Virus record (IMG/VR): IMGVR_UViG_3300045988_137804 | Coordinates: 1-64,000 of that record | Length of the DNA: 64,000 nucleotides | Origin: a virus | Direction: 5' to 3' (one strand) | In this document: in pieces, positions 17,719-27,832 of the stretch | Position numbering within the stretch: position 1 is the stretch's first letter | Layout: each line of letters begins with the position of its first letter | Notes under the pieces: model-generated | The model's input: only the letters and a program-made list of their open reading frames with translations | The model's database searches: none | What the model was told of the DNA's origin: nothing | Position numbers and translations under genes: made by a program

Positions 17719-19446
17719 TTGTTGAAATATAGATTAATCAAAGACTCATTAAACGATGAGTACAACGTACAAAAAACGATCCTACTAAATCGTGGTGTAG
17801 AAAATTGGAAAGAATATTTAAACATAGACGAATCATGTATTAACGACTATTCGATGCTCGACAATATTCACGAAGCAGTTTTATGTTATATATCACATTT
17901 AGACAGAGGGTCAAAAATTCATGTAATTGTAGATCCTGATGTTGATGGCTTTTGTTCTGCCAGCGAGATTATAAGATATACAAAAAAGATAAATTCTGAA
18001 GCAAATATAACATATTCATTGCATACGCAAAAACAGCATGGAATTTCTGAAGATATTACAATTCCAGAAGATATAGATTTATTAATTGTACCAGACGCAG
18101 GAAGTAATGATGTAATTCAATGTAAGGAATTGAATGAAAACGGAATTGACGTTATCGTTTTAGATCATCATATTTGTGATAAAAAGAATCCGTATGCAAT
18201 TGTTGTAAATAATCAGATGTGCGATTATCCAAACAAAAACTTTTGTGGTGGCGGTATTGTATATAAGTTCTTAAAAGCTGTAGATGATGAGCTTTGGGAG
18301 AATTACGCAGATGATTTTCTTGATATGGTAGCACTGTCAAACATTAGTGATGTAATGGACATGAGAGAATTTGAGACAAGATATTATGTCAATACAGGAT
18401 TAAACAAGATTAGAAGTAAGGTTTTTAAAGCACTTATTGATAAGCAATCATACTCAATGAAAGATGTTGTGAACATTATTTCTGTGCAATTTTACGTAAC
18501 ACCAATCTTAAATGCAATGATTAGAGTTGGTAATCAGGATGACAAAGACTTATTATTCAGAGCGTTTATTGAAACTGATGAAGTGTTTAAGTATAAAAAA
18601 CGTGGTGCTACAGAAGAAACGGATGAAGATATTTACACAAGAGCAGCAAGACTTTGTTATAACGCTAAAAATAGACAGGGAAAAGAAGTGTCTAAAAGCG
18701 TTGATGAAATTGATAATATTATAAAACAGAACGAGTTATATAAGAACAAAGCAATTTTTGTCAATGTCTCTAATGTTCTTAGCCAAACATTGACTGGTCT
18801 TGTAGCAATGAAAATTGCAGATAAATATAATAAACCATGCTTATTATTACGAAGACAGAAGTTACGTGATGATGGTGGAATGTTCTATGGTGGTTCTTGC
18901 AGAAACTTTGATCATAGTCCAATTGGCAGTCTAAAGAATGAACTTGATAGCACCAATCTATTTGAGTTTGTACAAGGTCATGATAATGCAGCAGGTTTTA
19001 GTATCAACAGAAACAATGTTGAAAAAGCAATTAGTAGAATAAATACAATGTGGAAAAACATTGATTTTACAGCATATTACGAAGTTGATTTTGACAAAGA
19101 TGTTAGTGAGATTGATATATCATTTGTAAAAGAAATTGATGATATAAAAGACTTGTTTGGACAAGGGATCAAAGAACCTTATGTTCATATATCAAATATT
19201 CCTGTTGTAAAAGAAGATACATTTGTTATGGGGAAAGAGTCAAATAGTTGGAAAGTCATTTACAATGATGAACTTGCATTTGTAAAGTTCTCAGTTGATA
19301 AAGAAAAAGATGCAATTATCAATAGTATGTTTTCTGATACGGACGGACTTCTTGGAACAATGGATGTTGTAGGAACAGTTAGTTTAAATAATTACAAAGG
19401 AATTTTAACACCACAAGTAATTGTAAAAGACTATGAATTTAAGTAG
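17719..19446 (+). CDS. RecJ-like DHH-family ssDNA exonuclease / phosphoesterase
   Basis: DHH motifs VIVDPDVDGFCSAS and VLDHHI; DHHA1 motif GHDNAAGF. Confidence 0.6.
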   Translation: MLKYRLIKDSLNDEYNVQKTILLNRGVENWKEYLNIDESCINDYSMLDNIHEAVLCYISHLDRGSKIHVIVDPDVDGFCSASEIIRYTKKINSEANITYSLHTQKQHGISEDITIPEDIDLLIVPDAGSNDVIQCKELNENGIDVIVLDHHICDKKNPYAIVVNNQMCDYPNKNFCGGGIVYKFLKAVDDELWENYADDFLDMVALSNISDVMDMREFETRYYVNTGLNKIRSKVFKALIDKQSYSMKDVVNIISVQFYVTPILNAMIRVGNQDDKDLLFRAFIETDEVFKYKKRGATEETDEDIYTRAARLCYNAKNRQGKEVSKSVDEIDNIIKQNELYKNKAIFVNVSNVLSQTLTGLVAMKIADKYNKPCLLLRRQKLRDDGGMFYGGSCRNFDHSPIGSLKNELDSTNLFEFVQGHDNAAGFSINRNNVEKAISRINTMWKNIDFTAYYEVDFDKDVSEIDISFVKEIDDIKDLFGQGIKEPYVHISNIPVVKEDTFVMGKESNSWKVIYNDELAFVKFSVDKEKDAIINSMFSDTDGLLGTMDVVGTVSLNNYKGILTPQVIVKDYEFK

Positions 19447-19456
19447 GAGATAAAAT

Positions 19457-22400
19457 ATGGCTAGTTCATTACATAATCATAGTGAGTATTCAGTTTTGGA
19501 TGGATTTTCCCATCCTGAAGAATACTTAAAAAGAGCGCAAGAGATTGGACTACATGCTTTTGCCATTACGGAACACGGAAATGAATACAGTTGGATTTAT
19601 TTTGACAAGTTAAAAAGTAAGTATCCAGATGTGAAAATGATTTACGGAGTAGAACTTTACGAATGTTTTGATATAAAAGTGCAAGATCCAGACAATAAAT
19701 ACTTTCACTTGGTTGCACTTGCGAAGAATGAAAAAGGAAGAATTGCTTTAAACGAGATTGTTACAAAAAGTAATTTTGAAGGATTTTATTACAAGCCTAG
19801 AACAGATTTGAAAATGTTAAAACCATACGCAAAAGATTTAATCATTCTTTCTGCATGTTTGGCATCCAAAATTGCTCGTGAAAAAGACTTTGATAAATGC
19901 GTAGATTATATCAATGAATACAAAAGTATTTTTCCAAATTTCTTTCTTGAAATGCAAAGTCATAAAACAGAAGACCAATCTATTTACAATCAAAAAATTC
20001 TTAAATTATCAGAAGTAACAAATACACCATATACAATTACAACTGATTCTCATGCTGCCACAGAAGAAGATTTGTATTATCAAGCAAGACATGTTCAGAT
20101 TGCTCGTGATAATGAAACAATGACAGAACTATATGATGGTTGCTATGTACAATCAGAAAATGAAATTCATTCAATAATGGACAAACAAATCGGACATGAT
20201 AATGTGTCAAAAGGAATTGAAATGTCTGATTACATTGCTGATATGGTTGATGATGTAAGTATGCCATTTCAGTCTCCGCAGTTGCCTACATTTCCATTGC
20301 CTGATGGTTTTAAAGACAATTTTGAATACTTGAAATATCTTTGTGAAGATGGTTGGAAAACAAGAAAACTAGATGAATTGTCAGAAGAAGATAAAGAAAT
20401 AAGAAGAAAAAGACTTGATTATGAGCTTGGAATCATTCATCAAATGGGTTTTGACGGTTATTTCCTTATAGTTTGGGATTTTATAAAATGGTCAAAACAT
20501 AATGGCGTTTACGTAGGTGACGGAAGAGGAAGTGGCGGAGGATCTATTGTAGATTATCTGCTTGGAATTTCTCAGCTTGATCCAATTACATACAATCTGA
20601 TTTTTGAACGTTTTCTTAACCCAGAACGTGTATCTATGCCTGATATTGATACCGATTTCTCTGATAGAGAAAAAGTTGTTCAGTATCTAATGGATAAATA
20701 CGGTGCAGATAGGGTATGTCAGATTATCAACTTTTCTTATATCACTCCGGTTGTAGCGATTAAAGATGTTGGTCGTGTATTAAAGATTCCATATAAAATC
20801 TGTGACAAAATCAGCAAGAAGTTTACATATCCTACGTTTGAAGAATGCGTAGATAACAATCCATCATTGTATGAAGAATATGCAGACTACAAAGAACTAT
20901 TTGACATCGCAGGAAAAATAAGTGGAAGAGTTAGACAGACATCCGTTCATGCAGGTGGAGTTGGAATTGTAGATACAAAAGTTACAGATTACATGGCTAT
21001 GAAAGTTGGTAGCAAAGGTGAGCATGTAATTCAAGTAGACAAAAAGAACGTTGAAGAAATTGGAATTATTAAGTTTGACTGTTTGGGATTGGCAGATACA
21101 TTAAATACAATCAAATACGCTGTTGAATATGCAGGTATTGATGAATGGGAGATTGATGCAAATAATCCAGATTTCTTAAACAATAAGGAAATGTATGAAC
21201 TACTATGTTCAGCAAAAACAAATGGTGTGTTCCAAGTTGAATCACAGGGAATGAAAGACCTTCTATTAAGACTTCAACCATCAAATCTAGAAGATGTATC
21301 TGCTGTATTGGCTCTGTACAGACCTGACAGTATGGGTGCGTTGGATGAATATATTGAGTGCAAACACGGTAGAAAGACAGTTGAATATATGCATCCAGAT
21401 ATGAAACCAATTTTGGAAAGCACTTATGGTTGTATGATCTATCAAGAAGAAATGATGGATATAGTACGTATTTTTGGTGGAAGAACTTACGGTGGAGCAG
21501 ACAAGTTTCGTAAGGCTGTAGGCAAGAAGGATGTAAAGCTTATAAAAACAGAGTCTGAAAAAATATATAAAGAAATTATTGACTGTGGATATGGAGAAGA
21601 TATTGCAAAAGAAATTAGTGATTTTTTAGCAAGTAAGGGTAATTACCTCTTCAACAAAAGTCATTCCGCCCTGTACTCGCTTTTGACTCTTAAAACAGCA
21701 TATCTTAAAGCAAAATATCCAGTTGAATTCTTTTGTGCATTATTAAATCAAAAAAGAGATGATTATGGCGCATTGAACAAATATATTCTTGATGCAAAAG
21801 ACTTTGGAGTTGAACTTTTACCACCACATCTTAATCGTTCTGAACGTGGATTCAAAGTATTTAATGGCAAGATTTTGTTTGGTCTTGAAGCAATCAAGGG
21901 TGTTGGAGAAAAATTCGTAGATGCATTGATCGAAGAAAGAAATAAAAAACCATTTGAGAACTTTAAAGATTTCTACGAAAGAATGTCTCCGTCAGTGTCT
22001 ATTGTAGTATCACTTGCAAAGGCTGGTGCAATTCCATGTAAGGATAAGCGTCAATTATTAATTAATTTTGCAGCAGGTCAATATCAGAAAAAAGAATTTA
22101 CACCAGTAAAAACATTGCCAAAACTATCAATTCTTAAAGAAAAATATGGAATTGATGGTGGAGTTATCAAAGACAAAGAAGAGAGAATAAGATTATATAA
22201 CATAGAAAAAGAAAAAGAATTCAATAAATTGCAAAAAGAGAAGTTTGACAAGTCAATGCAGACGTTCTGTGACAAATACCTACAGAATGAAAACCTATGG
22301 GAATTTGAAGCATTATCTGTTTTTATTGACAAAAATCCATTTGTAGAAGCATACCAATATATTCAAAAAGATTTTGACGAAGTTGAAGATGGTGGAGATG

Positions 22401-22663
22401 GAGTTGTTGTAGGTATTGTTGCAAACATTCAAAAGAAAAAAGACAGAACAGGAAAACAGTTTGCTTTTGTATGGTTGTATTCTGCATATGGGCTTATAGA
22501 AGTAACTTGTTGGCATTCTCAATTAAAATCTTATGAAGACTTAATTAAAAAAGGAACACAAGTTTCTGTGTTGTATAGAAAGAGTGATGACAAAGCGATT
22601 GTAAAAGAGATGAAAACATACGAACAATGGCTTTCGGATCGTCACATACAAATGTCAAAATAA
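19457..22663 (+). CDS. dnaE: DNA polymerase III alpha subunit (DnaE-type) with an N-terminal PHP domain
   Basis: PHP domain LHNHSEYSVLDGFS...ITEHGN; GRGSGGGSIVDYLLGISQLDP; 1068 aa. Confidence 0.9.
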   Translation: MASSLHNHSEYSVLDGFSHPEEYLKRAQEIGLHAFAITEHGNEYSWIYFDKLKSKYPDVKMIYGVELYECFDIKVQDPDNKYFHLVALAKNEKGRIALNEIVTKSNFEGFYYKPRTDLKMLKPYAKDLIILSACLASKIAREKDFDKCVDYINEYKSIFPNFFLEMQSHKTEDQSIYNQKILKLSEVTNTPYTITTDSHAATEEDLYYQARHVQIARDNETMTELYDGCYVQSENEIHSIMDKQIGHDNVSKGIEMSDYIADMVDDVSMPFQSPQLPTFPLPDGFKDNFEYLKYLCEDGWKTRKLDELSEEDKEIRRKRLDYELGIIHQMGFDGYFLIVWDFIKWSKHNGVYVGDGRGSGGGSIVDYLLGISQLDPITYNLIFERFLNPERVSMPDIDTDFSDREKVVQYLMDKYGADRVCQIINFSYITPVVAIKDVGRVLKIPYKICDKISKKFTYPTFEECVDNNPSLYEEYADYKELFDIAGKISGRVRQTSVHAGGVGIVDTKVTDYMAMKVGSKGEHVIQVDKKNVEEIGIIKFDCLGLADTLNTIKYAVEYAGIDEWEIDANNPDFLNNKEMYELLCSAKTNGVFQVESQGMKDLLLRLQPSNLEDVSAVLALYRPDSMGALDEYIECKHGRKTVEYMHPDMKPILESTYGCMIYQEEMMDIVRIFGGRTYGGADKFRKAVGKKDVKLIKTESEKIYKEIIDCGYGEDIAKEISDFLASKGNYLFNKSHSALYSLLTLKTAYLKAKYPVEFFCALLNQKRDDYGALNKYILDAKDFGVELLPPHLNRSERGFKVFNGKILFGLEAIKGVGEKFVDALIEERNKKPFENFKDFYERMSPSVSIVVSLAKAGAIPCKDKRQLLINFAAGQYQKKEFTPVKTLPKLSILKEKYGIDGGVIKDKEERIRLYNIEKEKEFNKLQKEKFDKSMQTFCDKYLQNENLWEFEALSVFIDKNPFVEAYQYIQKDFDEVEDGGDGVVVGIVANIQKKKDRTGKQFAFVWLYSAYGLIEVTCWHSQLKSYEDLIKKGTQVSVLYRKSDDKAIVKEMKTYEQWLSDRHIQMSK

Positions 22664-22675
22664 AGGAGATATTCA

Positions 22676-24922
22676 ATGAAAGTTGGAGAAGAAGTAAAGT
22701 TTAAATGTGTTCCAGTTACAGAAAGATATTACAATGATGATTCTTCGTATGGGGTATTTGTATTCCATACGAAGGACGAAATACCAGAATACGATGAAGT
22801 TCCTGATTCTCCATTTGAAAGTATTGAATCAACTTCTGGTAAACGAATGTCTATATTAGCTGGAAACATGCAGCAGTTATATGTTGGATCAGAATACGAA
22901 GTAACTGCTACGTTAGATTACAATAGTAAATACAAATCTTATCAGTATAAGCCAAAGATTATTACATCTATAACGCCCAAAACAGAAGAACAACAAAAGA
23001 AATTCTTGCAATCAATTGTTACGAAAAACCAAGCAGAAACATTATTAGCAAAATATCCAAATATTGTAGAAGATATTATTAATGGCAATGATAATGTTGA
23101 TATTCGTTCTTTGAAAGGAATAGGGGACAGGACATATGCTTCAATTAAAAAGAAAGTAATTGATAATTATGTTATTTCAGACATTCTAACATTGCTTCAA
23201 CCACTTGGAGTTACTTATGCAAAAATCAAAAAGTTGCTTTCCAATGAACCAAATCCAACATTATTAAAAGAAAAGTTGCTAAGTAACCCATATATCATGC
23301 TTAATATTAGAGGGTTTGGATTCAAGACAGTGGATCAACTTGCGTTAAAACTAAATCCAGGAATCAAATGTTCTGCAAAAAGAACTTACGCTTTTATAAA
23401 ATATTACCTTAAAGATATTGGAAACAATCAAGGACATACATGGGTTGATATAGATGCACTTGAAAATGCTGTCATTGACAACATTAACGAATGCACAGAT
23501 ATTTTTAAATCAATCATTGAGAATGAGAAAAATAAAGAAATAAATCTTCATTTCTATTATGACAAAGTTGGTCTTATGGAGTATTACGAATCTGAAAAAA
23601 ATGTATTTGAACAGTTAAAAAGATTAAATAATACAACTCCGTTAAAGATAACTGAAGAAGATATAAGAATAGGAATAGAACAGTCAGAAAAGGATCAAGG
23701 TTTTACACTTACAGAAGAACAAAAAGAACTTGTCAAAAACAGCGTAAAAAGCAATGTTGTAATAGTAGTTGGATTCGCAGGTGTTGGTAAAACTTGTGTT
23801 TCAAGAGCAATTCTTAATGTTTACAAACATGCAAAATATTCAATTTCCTGTTGTGCTTTATCAGCAATGGCAGGTCAGAGAATAACTGAAGCAACAGGTT
23901 TTGAAGCATCTACAATTCATAGATTACTTGGCTATAGTCCAAATGGTTTTGCATTTAACTCAGATGTACCATTACAACAAGACGTTATTTTCGTAGATGA
24001 ATGTTCGATGATTAATTCGTATCTATTTGAATCAATCGTTTCTGCAATACAGACTGGCAAAAAAATTATCATGTGTGGTGATAACAGACAGTTACCACCA
24101 ATAGGATATGGAAATATATTTGGTGATTTGCTTGAAAAAACAGATGATTTCTCAATATTCAAATTGACAAAAGTTCTTAGACAGGCTGAAAAGTCTGGAA
24201 TTCTTATGGACGCAAATAAAATTCGTGAAGGAAAATTTCCAATAAAACAACCGGAATTGAAAATTATCAACGGTGAACTGCAAGATATGACATATATGTT
24301 CAGAGATTCAAGAGAAAGTCTATCGTCAATTGCAATAAAAACATATATGAAAGTAGTTGAAAAAGATGGTCTTGATAATGTTGTAATCATAACACCAAGA
24401 CGTGAGAATTGTGAGAACAGTGCAAACGAAATGAACAAAAAGATTGTGAATTTAATAGCAGACAAGACTCAAAAATATATGAAAATCGGAGATAAGACAT
24501 TTTATGTTGGTTCTAAAGTGATGCAGACAGATAACAACTATGACAAGAATGTATTTAATGGCGAGATAGGATATATCAAAGATATTAAAACTGAGTATGA
24601 CGGTAATGAAAAAACAACAGTTTTTAATGTTGAATATAAGATGAATGGGAAATCGAAAGTTGTTAAATACAATAGAAACGAATTAGGTCAGATTGATTTG
24701 GCGTATGCTATGACAGTTCATAAAGTACAGGGACAATCAATTAAATCTGTAATTATTATTACGGATATGACTCATTACACATTGCTTGATACATGTTTAT
24801 TATATACAGCAATAACTAGAGCAAAAGAAAGATGCTTGCTATTATCAGAGCCTATGGCATTTAAAATCTGTATGGAGAATAACAAAAGTAGAAACAGACA
24901 AACATGGTTAAGTTTAATGTAA
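22676..24922 (+). CDS. RecD-like SF1 ATP-dependent DNA helicase
   Basis: Walker A GFAGVGKT, Walker B FVDECSM, and helix-hairpin-helix motifs N-terminally. Confidence 0.8.
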   Translation: MKVGEEVKFKCVPVTERYYNDDSSYGVFVFHTKDEIPEYDEVPDSPFESIESTSGKRMSILAGNMQQLYVGSEYEVTATLDYNSKYKSYQYKPKIITSITPKTEEQQKKFLQSIVTKNQAETLLAKYPNIVEDIINGNDNVDIRSLKGIGDRTYASIKKKVIDNYVISDILTLLQPLGVTYAKIKKLLSNEPNPTLLKEKLLSNPYIMLNIRGFGFKTVDQLALKLNPGIKCSAKRTYAFIKYYLKDIGNNQGHTWVDIDALENAVIDNINECTDIFKSIIENEKNKEINLHFYYDKVGLMEYYESEKNVFEQLKRLNNTTPLKITEEDIRIGIEQSEKDQGFTLTEEQKELVKNSVKSNVVIVVGFAGVGKTCVSRAILNVYKHAKYSISCCALSAMAGQRITEATGFEASTIHRLLGYSPNGFAFNSDVPLQQDVIFVDECSMINSYLFESIVSAIQTGKKIIMCGDNRQLPPIGYGNIFGDLLEKTDDFSIFKLTKVLRQAEKSGILMDANKIREGKFPIKQPELKIINGELQDMTYMFRDSRESLSSIAIKTYMKVVEKDGLDNVVIITPRRENCENSANEMNKKIVNLIADKTQKYMKIGDKTFYVGSKVMQTDNNYDKNVFNGEIGYIKDIKTEYDGNEKTTVFNVEYKMNGKSKVVKYNRNELGQIDLAYAMTVHKVQGQSIKSVIIITDMTHYTLLDTCLLYTAITRAKERCLLLSEPMAFKICMENNKSRNRQTWLSLM

Positions 24923-24940
24923 AGGAGAAATAAGAATCAA

Positions 24941-25747
24941 ATGATTAAAATTTCATGTAAAGAATACGCAGCCAATCTAAAAGAAGAACTAAAAGAGTTA
25001 TGCGAAAAATCACCAAGACAGCGTTGCCTTACAGTGGTTCAGATTGGGAATGATGCAGCAAGTAACTCTTATGTAAATGGCAAAAGAAAAGATTGTGAGT
25101 ATGTTGGGATCAAGTTCAATCATGTACATATTACAGATTATGAAAATCTTGACGAATCAGATCTATGCCAAATTATTAAAGAACTTGATAAATCAGAGGA
25201 AGTAGATGGAATCATCATCCAGCTTCCTATTCCAGACAAATACAATGTAAAAATATTGCAGCAGTTCATTAGTCCAGAAAAAGATGTTGATGGTTTCAGA
25301 AAGGATTCGCTTTACAATCCATGCACTCCGCAAGGAATTATTGATTGGCTCGAAGCTAATGACATTGATTTAAGAGGTAAGTTAATAACTGTATTAGGAA
25401 GAAGTGAGATAGTAGGTAAGCCACTTGTAAACATGTTGATTGATAATGGTGCAACAGTTATTAATTGCAACAGCAAAACACCAGAGAATAAAATAAAGTA
25501 TTTTACTAGAATGTCAGATATTGTTGTTTCTGCAATTGGTAAACCACTTAAGTTAGATTGGATTTATTTTGATGATTATACAATTATTGTAGATGTTGGA
25601 ATCAATAGAGATAAGGACGGTAAGTTATGTGGAGATGTAAATACGAAAGACTTTGATAAATTCTTTTCATCTAATTATGTAACACCTGTTCCGGGTGGTG
25701 TTGGTCTGTTAACAAGGGTTACATTGCTGAAAAATGTGATGAGATAA
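24941..25747 (+). CDS. folD: Bifunctional methylenetetrahydrofolate dehydrogenase / methenyl-THF cyclohydrolase
   Basis: Aligns by eye along its whole length to E. coli FolD: YVNGKRKDCEYVGIKF, DGIIIQLPIP, EKDVDGF, NPCTPQGI, VLGRSEIVGKPL, DVGINR, PVPGGVGLLT. Confidence 0.85.
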   Translation: MIKISCKEYAANLKEELKELCEKSPRQRCLTVVQIGNDAASNSYVNGKRKDCEYVGIKFNHVHITDYENLDESDLCQIIKELDKSEEVDGIIIQLPIPDKYNVKILQQFISPEKDVDGFRKDSLYNPCTPQGIIDWLEANDIDLRGKLITVLGRSEIVGKPLVNMLIDNGATVINCNSKTPENKIKYFTRMSDIVVSAIGKPLKLDWIYFDDYTIIVDVGINRDKDGKLCGDVNTKDFDKFFSSNYVTPVPGGVGLLTRVTLLKNVMR

Positions 25748-25782
25748 GCAGATGAAAGAATCGTTTCATTAGGAGGAAACAT

Positions 25783-26112
25783 ATGAAAATGTTGTATACA
25801 GTAATGATTATTGCTTGTGCTATTGCTTACGTTGTTAGTGTTATTTCTCTTCTAAACCCAGATGGATGGAAAAGGAAGAAGTTCACAGCAGATGAGGCTA
25901 GGAAGATATCTGATGATTATTCTGAAGATATTGCCTTTATCGAGAAAGAAATTAAACAAACCGCTAAACAAAACAAAACTTCTGTCGAACTGACTATTAA
26001 CAGTGAAGAAGTAGTGAAGCATTTCGAGAACGCTAAATTTGTTGTAACACATGTCGATAAATGTATTTATAACATTGATTGGAGCAATGATGCAGAAAGT
26101 AAAAGACATTAG
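25783..26112 (+). CDS. small membrane-anchored hypothetical protein
   Basis: N-terminal transmembrane segment MLYTVMIIACAIAYVVSVISL. Confidence 0.3.
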   Translation: MKMLYTVMIIACAIAYVVSVISLLNPDGWKRKKFTADEARKISDDYSEDIAFIEKEIKQTAKQNKTSVELTINSEEVVKHFENAKFVVTHVDKCIYNIDWSNDAESKRH

Positions 26113-26932
26113 AGAATATTCAATAGAGGAAATAATCTATCCTAAAACATTGGAACTCCGAGTCAGTATGGAAGATTTCAAACGCTGGCTTGGAGTCGAT
26201 GAAGAAAGAAAATTTGGTTACACATTGGAGGAGAATAAAATGGGAACAGTAATAATTACAAAAGACACAACAAAATATCCTATCACAATGATTGGAAGAT
26301 ATGCAGGTGTATGTTGGGGAGCAAATACATCAGACAATGAAAAAAATTACAAACGTGGTTTGGATTGCATTGAAAGTGAACACGGAAGGACATGGGAGTT
26401 TCCAGATGTATATGCAATTATTGATGGATATTCAGCCAAGGTTTTGCGTGAATGGTATACACATGTAGGAGGTTTGCCAACCAGATTACAAGCATCTACG
26501 AGATATATCAATTATTCTAAGGGTGAAGGATTTAAATATGTAACTCCACCTACAATTGCAAATAATAATGATGCGTTGGCAGAGTGGTCATCAATGATGA
26601 GTAATATTAATGATATGATTAGCAAATTTATCAATGTATATAATATTCCGGTCGAAGATGCGACAATGGCACTACCTATAGCATATCAAAGTAAAATGGT
26701 AGACAAACGTAATTTTAGAAACGTTGTAGATATGTCAAATCAGAGAACTTGTACAAGAGCATATTGGGAATATAGAAATCAGTTAATGAAAGATTACCTT
26801 CATGCATTAAGAGAATATTCAGAAGAGTGGAAGACATTAATAGATATGAAATGCAAACCAAAATGTGAGAAAACAGGATTCTGTACAGAAAAGAAGACAT
26901 GTGAAAGAAAACCAAAAAGAGACGAAAAATAG
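26087..26932 (+). CDS. thyX: Flavin-dependent thymidylate synthase (ThyX-like); start set at the Met at 26087, which has a GGAG RBS
   Basis: YTHVGGLPTRLQASTRY resembles the ThyX RHR...QxSxRY signature; it lies between folD and other dNTP-metabolism genes. Confidence 0.55.
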   Translation: MMQKVKDIREYSIEEIIYPKTLELRVSMEDFKRWLGVDEERKFGYTLEENKMGTVIITKDTTKYPITMIGRYAGVCWGANTSDNEKNYKRGLDCIESEHGRTWEFPDVYAIIDGYSAKVLREWYTHVGGLPTRLQASTRYINYSKGEGFKYVTPPTIANNNDALAEWSSMMSNINDMISKFINVYNIPVEDATMALPIAYQSKMVDKRNFRNVVDMSNQRTCTRAYWEYRNQLMKDYLHALREYSEEWKTLIDMKCKPKCEKTGFCTEKKTCERKPKRDEK

Positions 26933-26945
26933 GAGAGTATTTATT

Positions 26946-27125
26946 ATGAATAAAAATATCGAAAAAGAAATTTTAAACAATCAAAAAGTAATTATGAGAG
27001 TATTACGCACAATTACGTCAGAAAAATACAATAATAACGATAATTCTAAATTGGATTATGACCTGCTCGAATACAGAATTGGGAAAACAGGTGAACTTTT
27101 AAGAACCTTGGAGGATGAAAATTAA
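26946..27125 (+). CDS. small hypothetical protein
   Basis: ORF; internal Met downstream of the thyX stop. Confidence 0.25.
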   Translation: MNKNIEKEILNNQKVIMRVLRTITSEKYNNNDNSKLDYDLLEYRIGKTGELLRTLEDEN

Positions 27126-27331
27126 TGAGAGATCCGAATAGAACATATCCATTTTGCAGAGAATTAGCAACAATTTGGAGTGAAAAATATCCTGACTTAA
27201 GATTTGGTCAGCTTATGTATAACTTCATTGTTTGGTGCAGCAATACAAAGAAGCGTGATATTTTCTTTCCAGAAGAAAAAGAATTTATGGAACTGTTTAA
27301 AGAATTTTGTGGAGTTGAAGAAGGAGAATAA
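27125..27331 (+). CDS. small hypothetical protein
   Basis: ORF; coupled ATGA start. Confidence 0.25.
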   Translation: MRDPNRTYPFCRELATIWSEKYPDLRFGQLMYNFIVWCSNTKKRDIFFPEEKEFMELFKEFCGVEEGE

Positions 27332-27334
27332 AGA

Positions 27335-27832
27335 ATGAACACATTAATGGGTTATTTATTACAACCAGACACAGTGATTTTCTTTGATGTGGACGGAGTA
27401 TTAGCACCGTATGAATTTGGTGTTAATAAACATTGTATTGATGACGAAGAATGGGATAGAAAAATGACAGCAGGAGAAGACATGTATTCTACGGTATCTC
27501 CAATTAGATTGTTCCAAAATTTTATTGAAAGAAAAGGAACAGATAATGTATATGTTTGCTCTAAAGCATCGACAGAAGAGTATGCGTCCAAAATGAAATT
27601 CTGCCAAGATGGATATGGTATTCCATCTGACCACATTTTTCTAGTTGCTTCTAAAAAGGAAAAGCTTGATATCCTGAGAAGTTTTTCAGTTGCTCTTGGT
27701 ATTCCAGAAGAAAAGATTGCAATGGTAGAGGATACAGTAGAAACGCTTGATATGATTTTTAATAATACAAATTGTGCAACAGTACATGTATCTTCGTTCC
27801 TTGATTATAATGATGAGGTAATTTATGAATAA
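27335..27832 (+). CDS. HAD-superfamily phosphatase (Pnk-phosphatase / nucleotidase-like)
   Basis: HAD motif I FFDVDGVLAP. Confidence 0.5.
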   Translation: MNTLMGYLLQPDTVIFFDVDGVLAPYEFGVNKHCIDDEEWDRKMTAGEDMYSTVSPIRLFQNFIERKGTDNVYVCSKASTEEYASKMKFCQDGYGIPSDHIFLVASKKEKLDILRSFSVALGIPEEKIAMVEDTVETLDMIFNNTNCATVHVSSFLDYNDEVIYE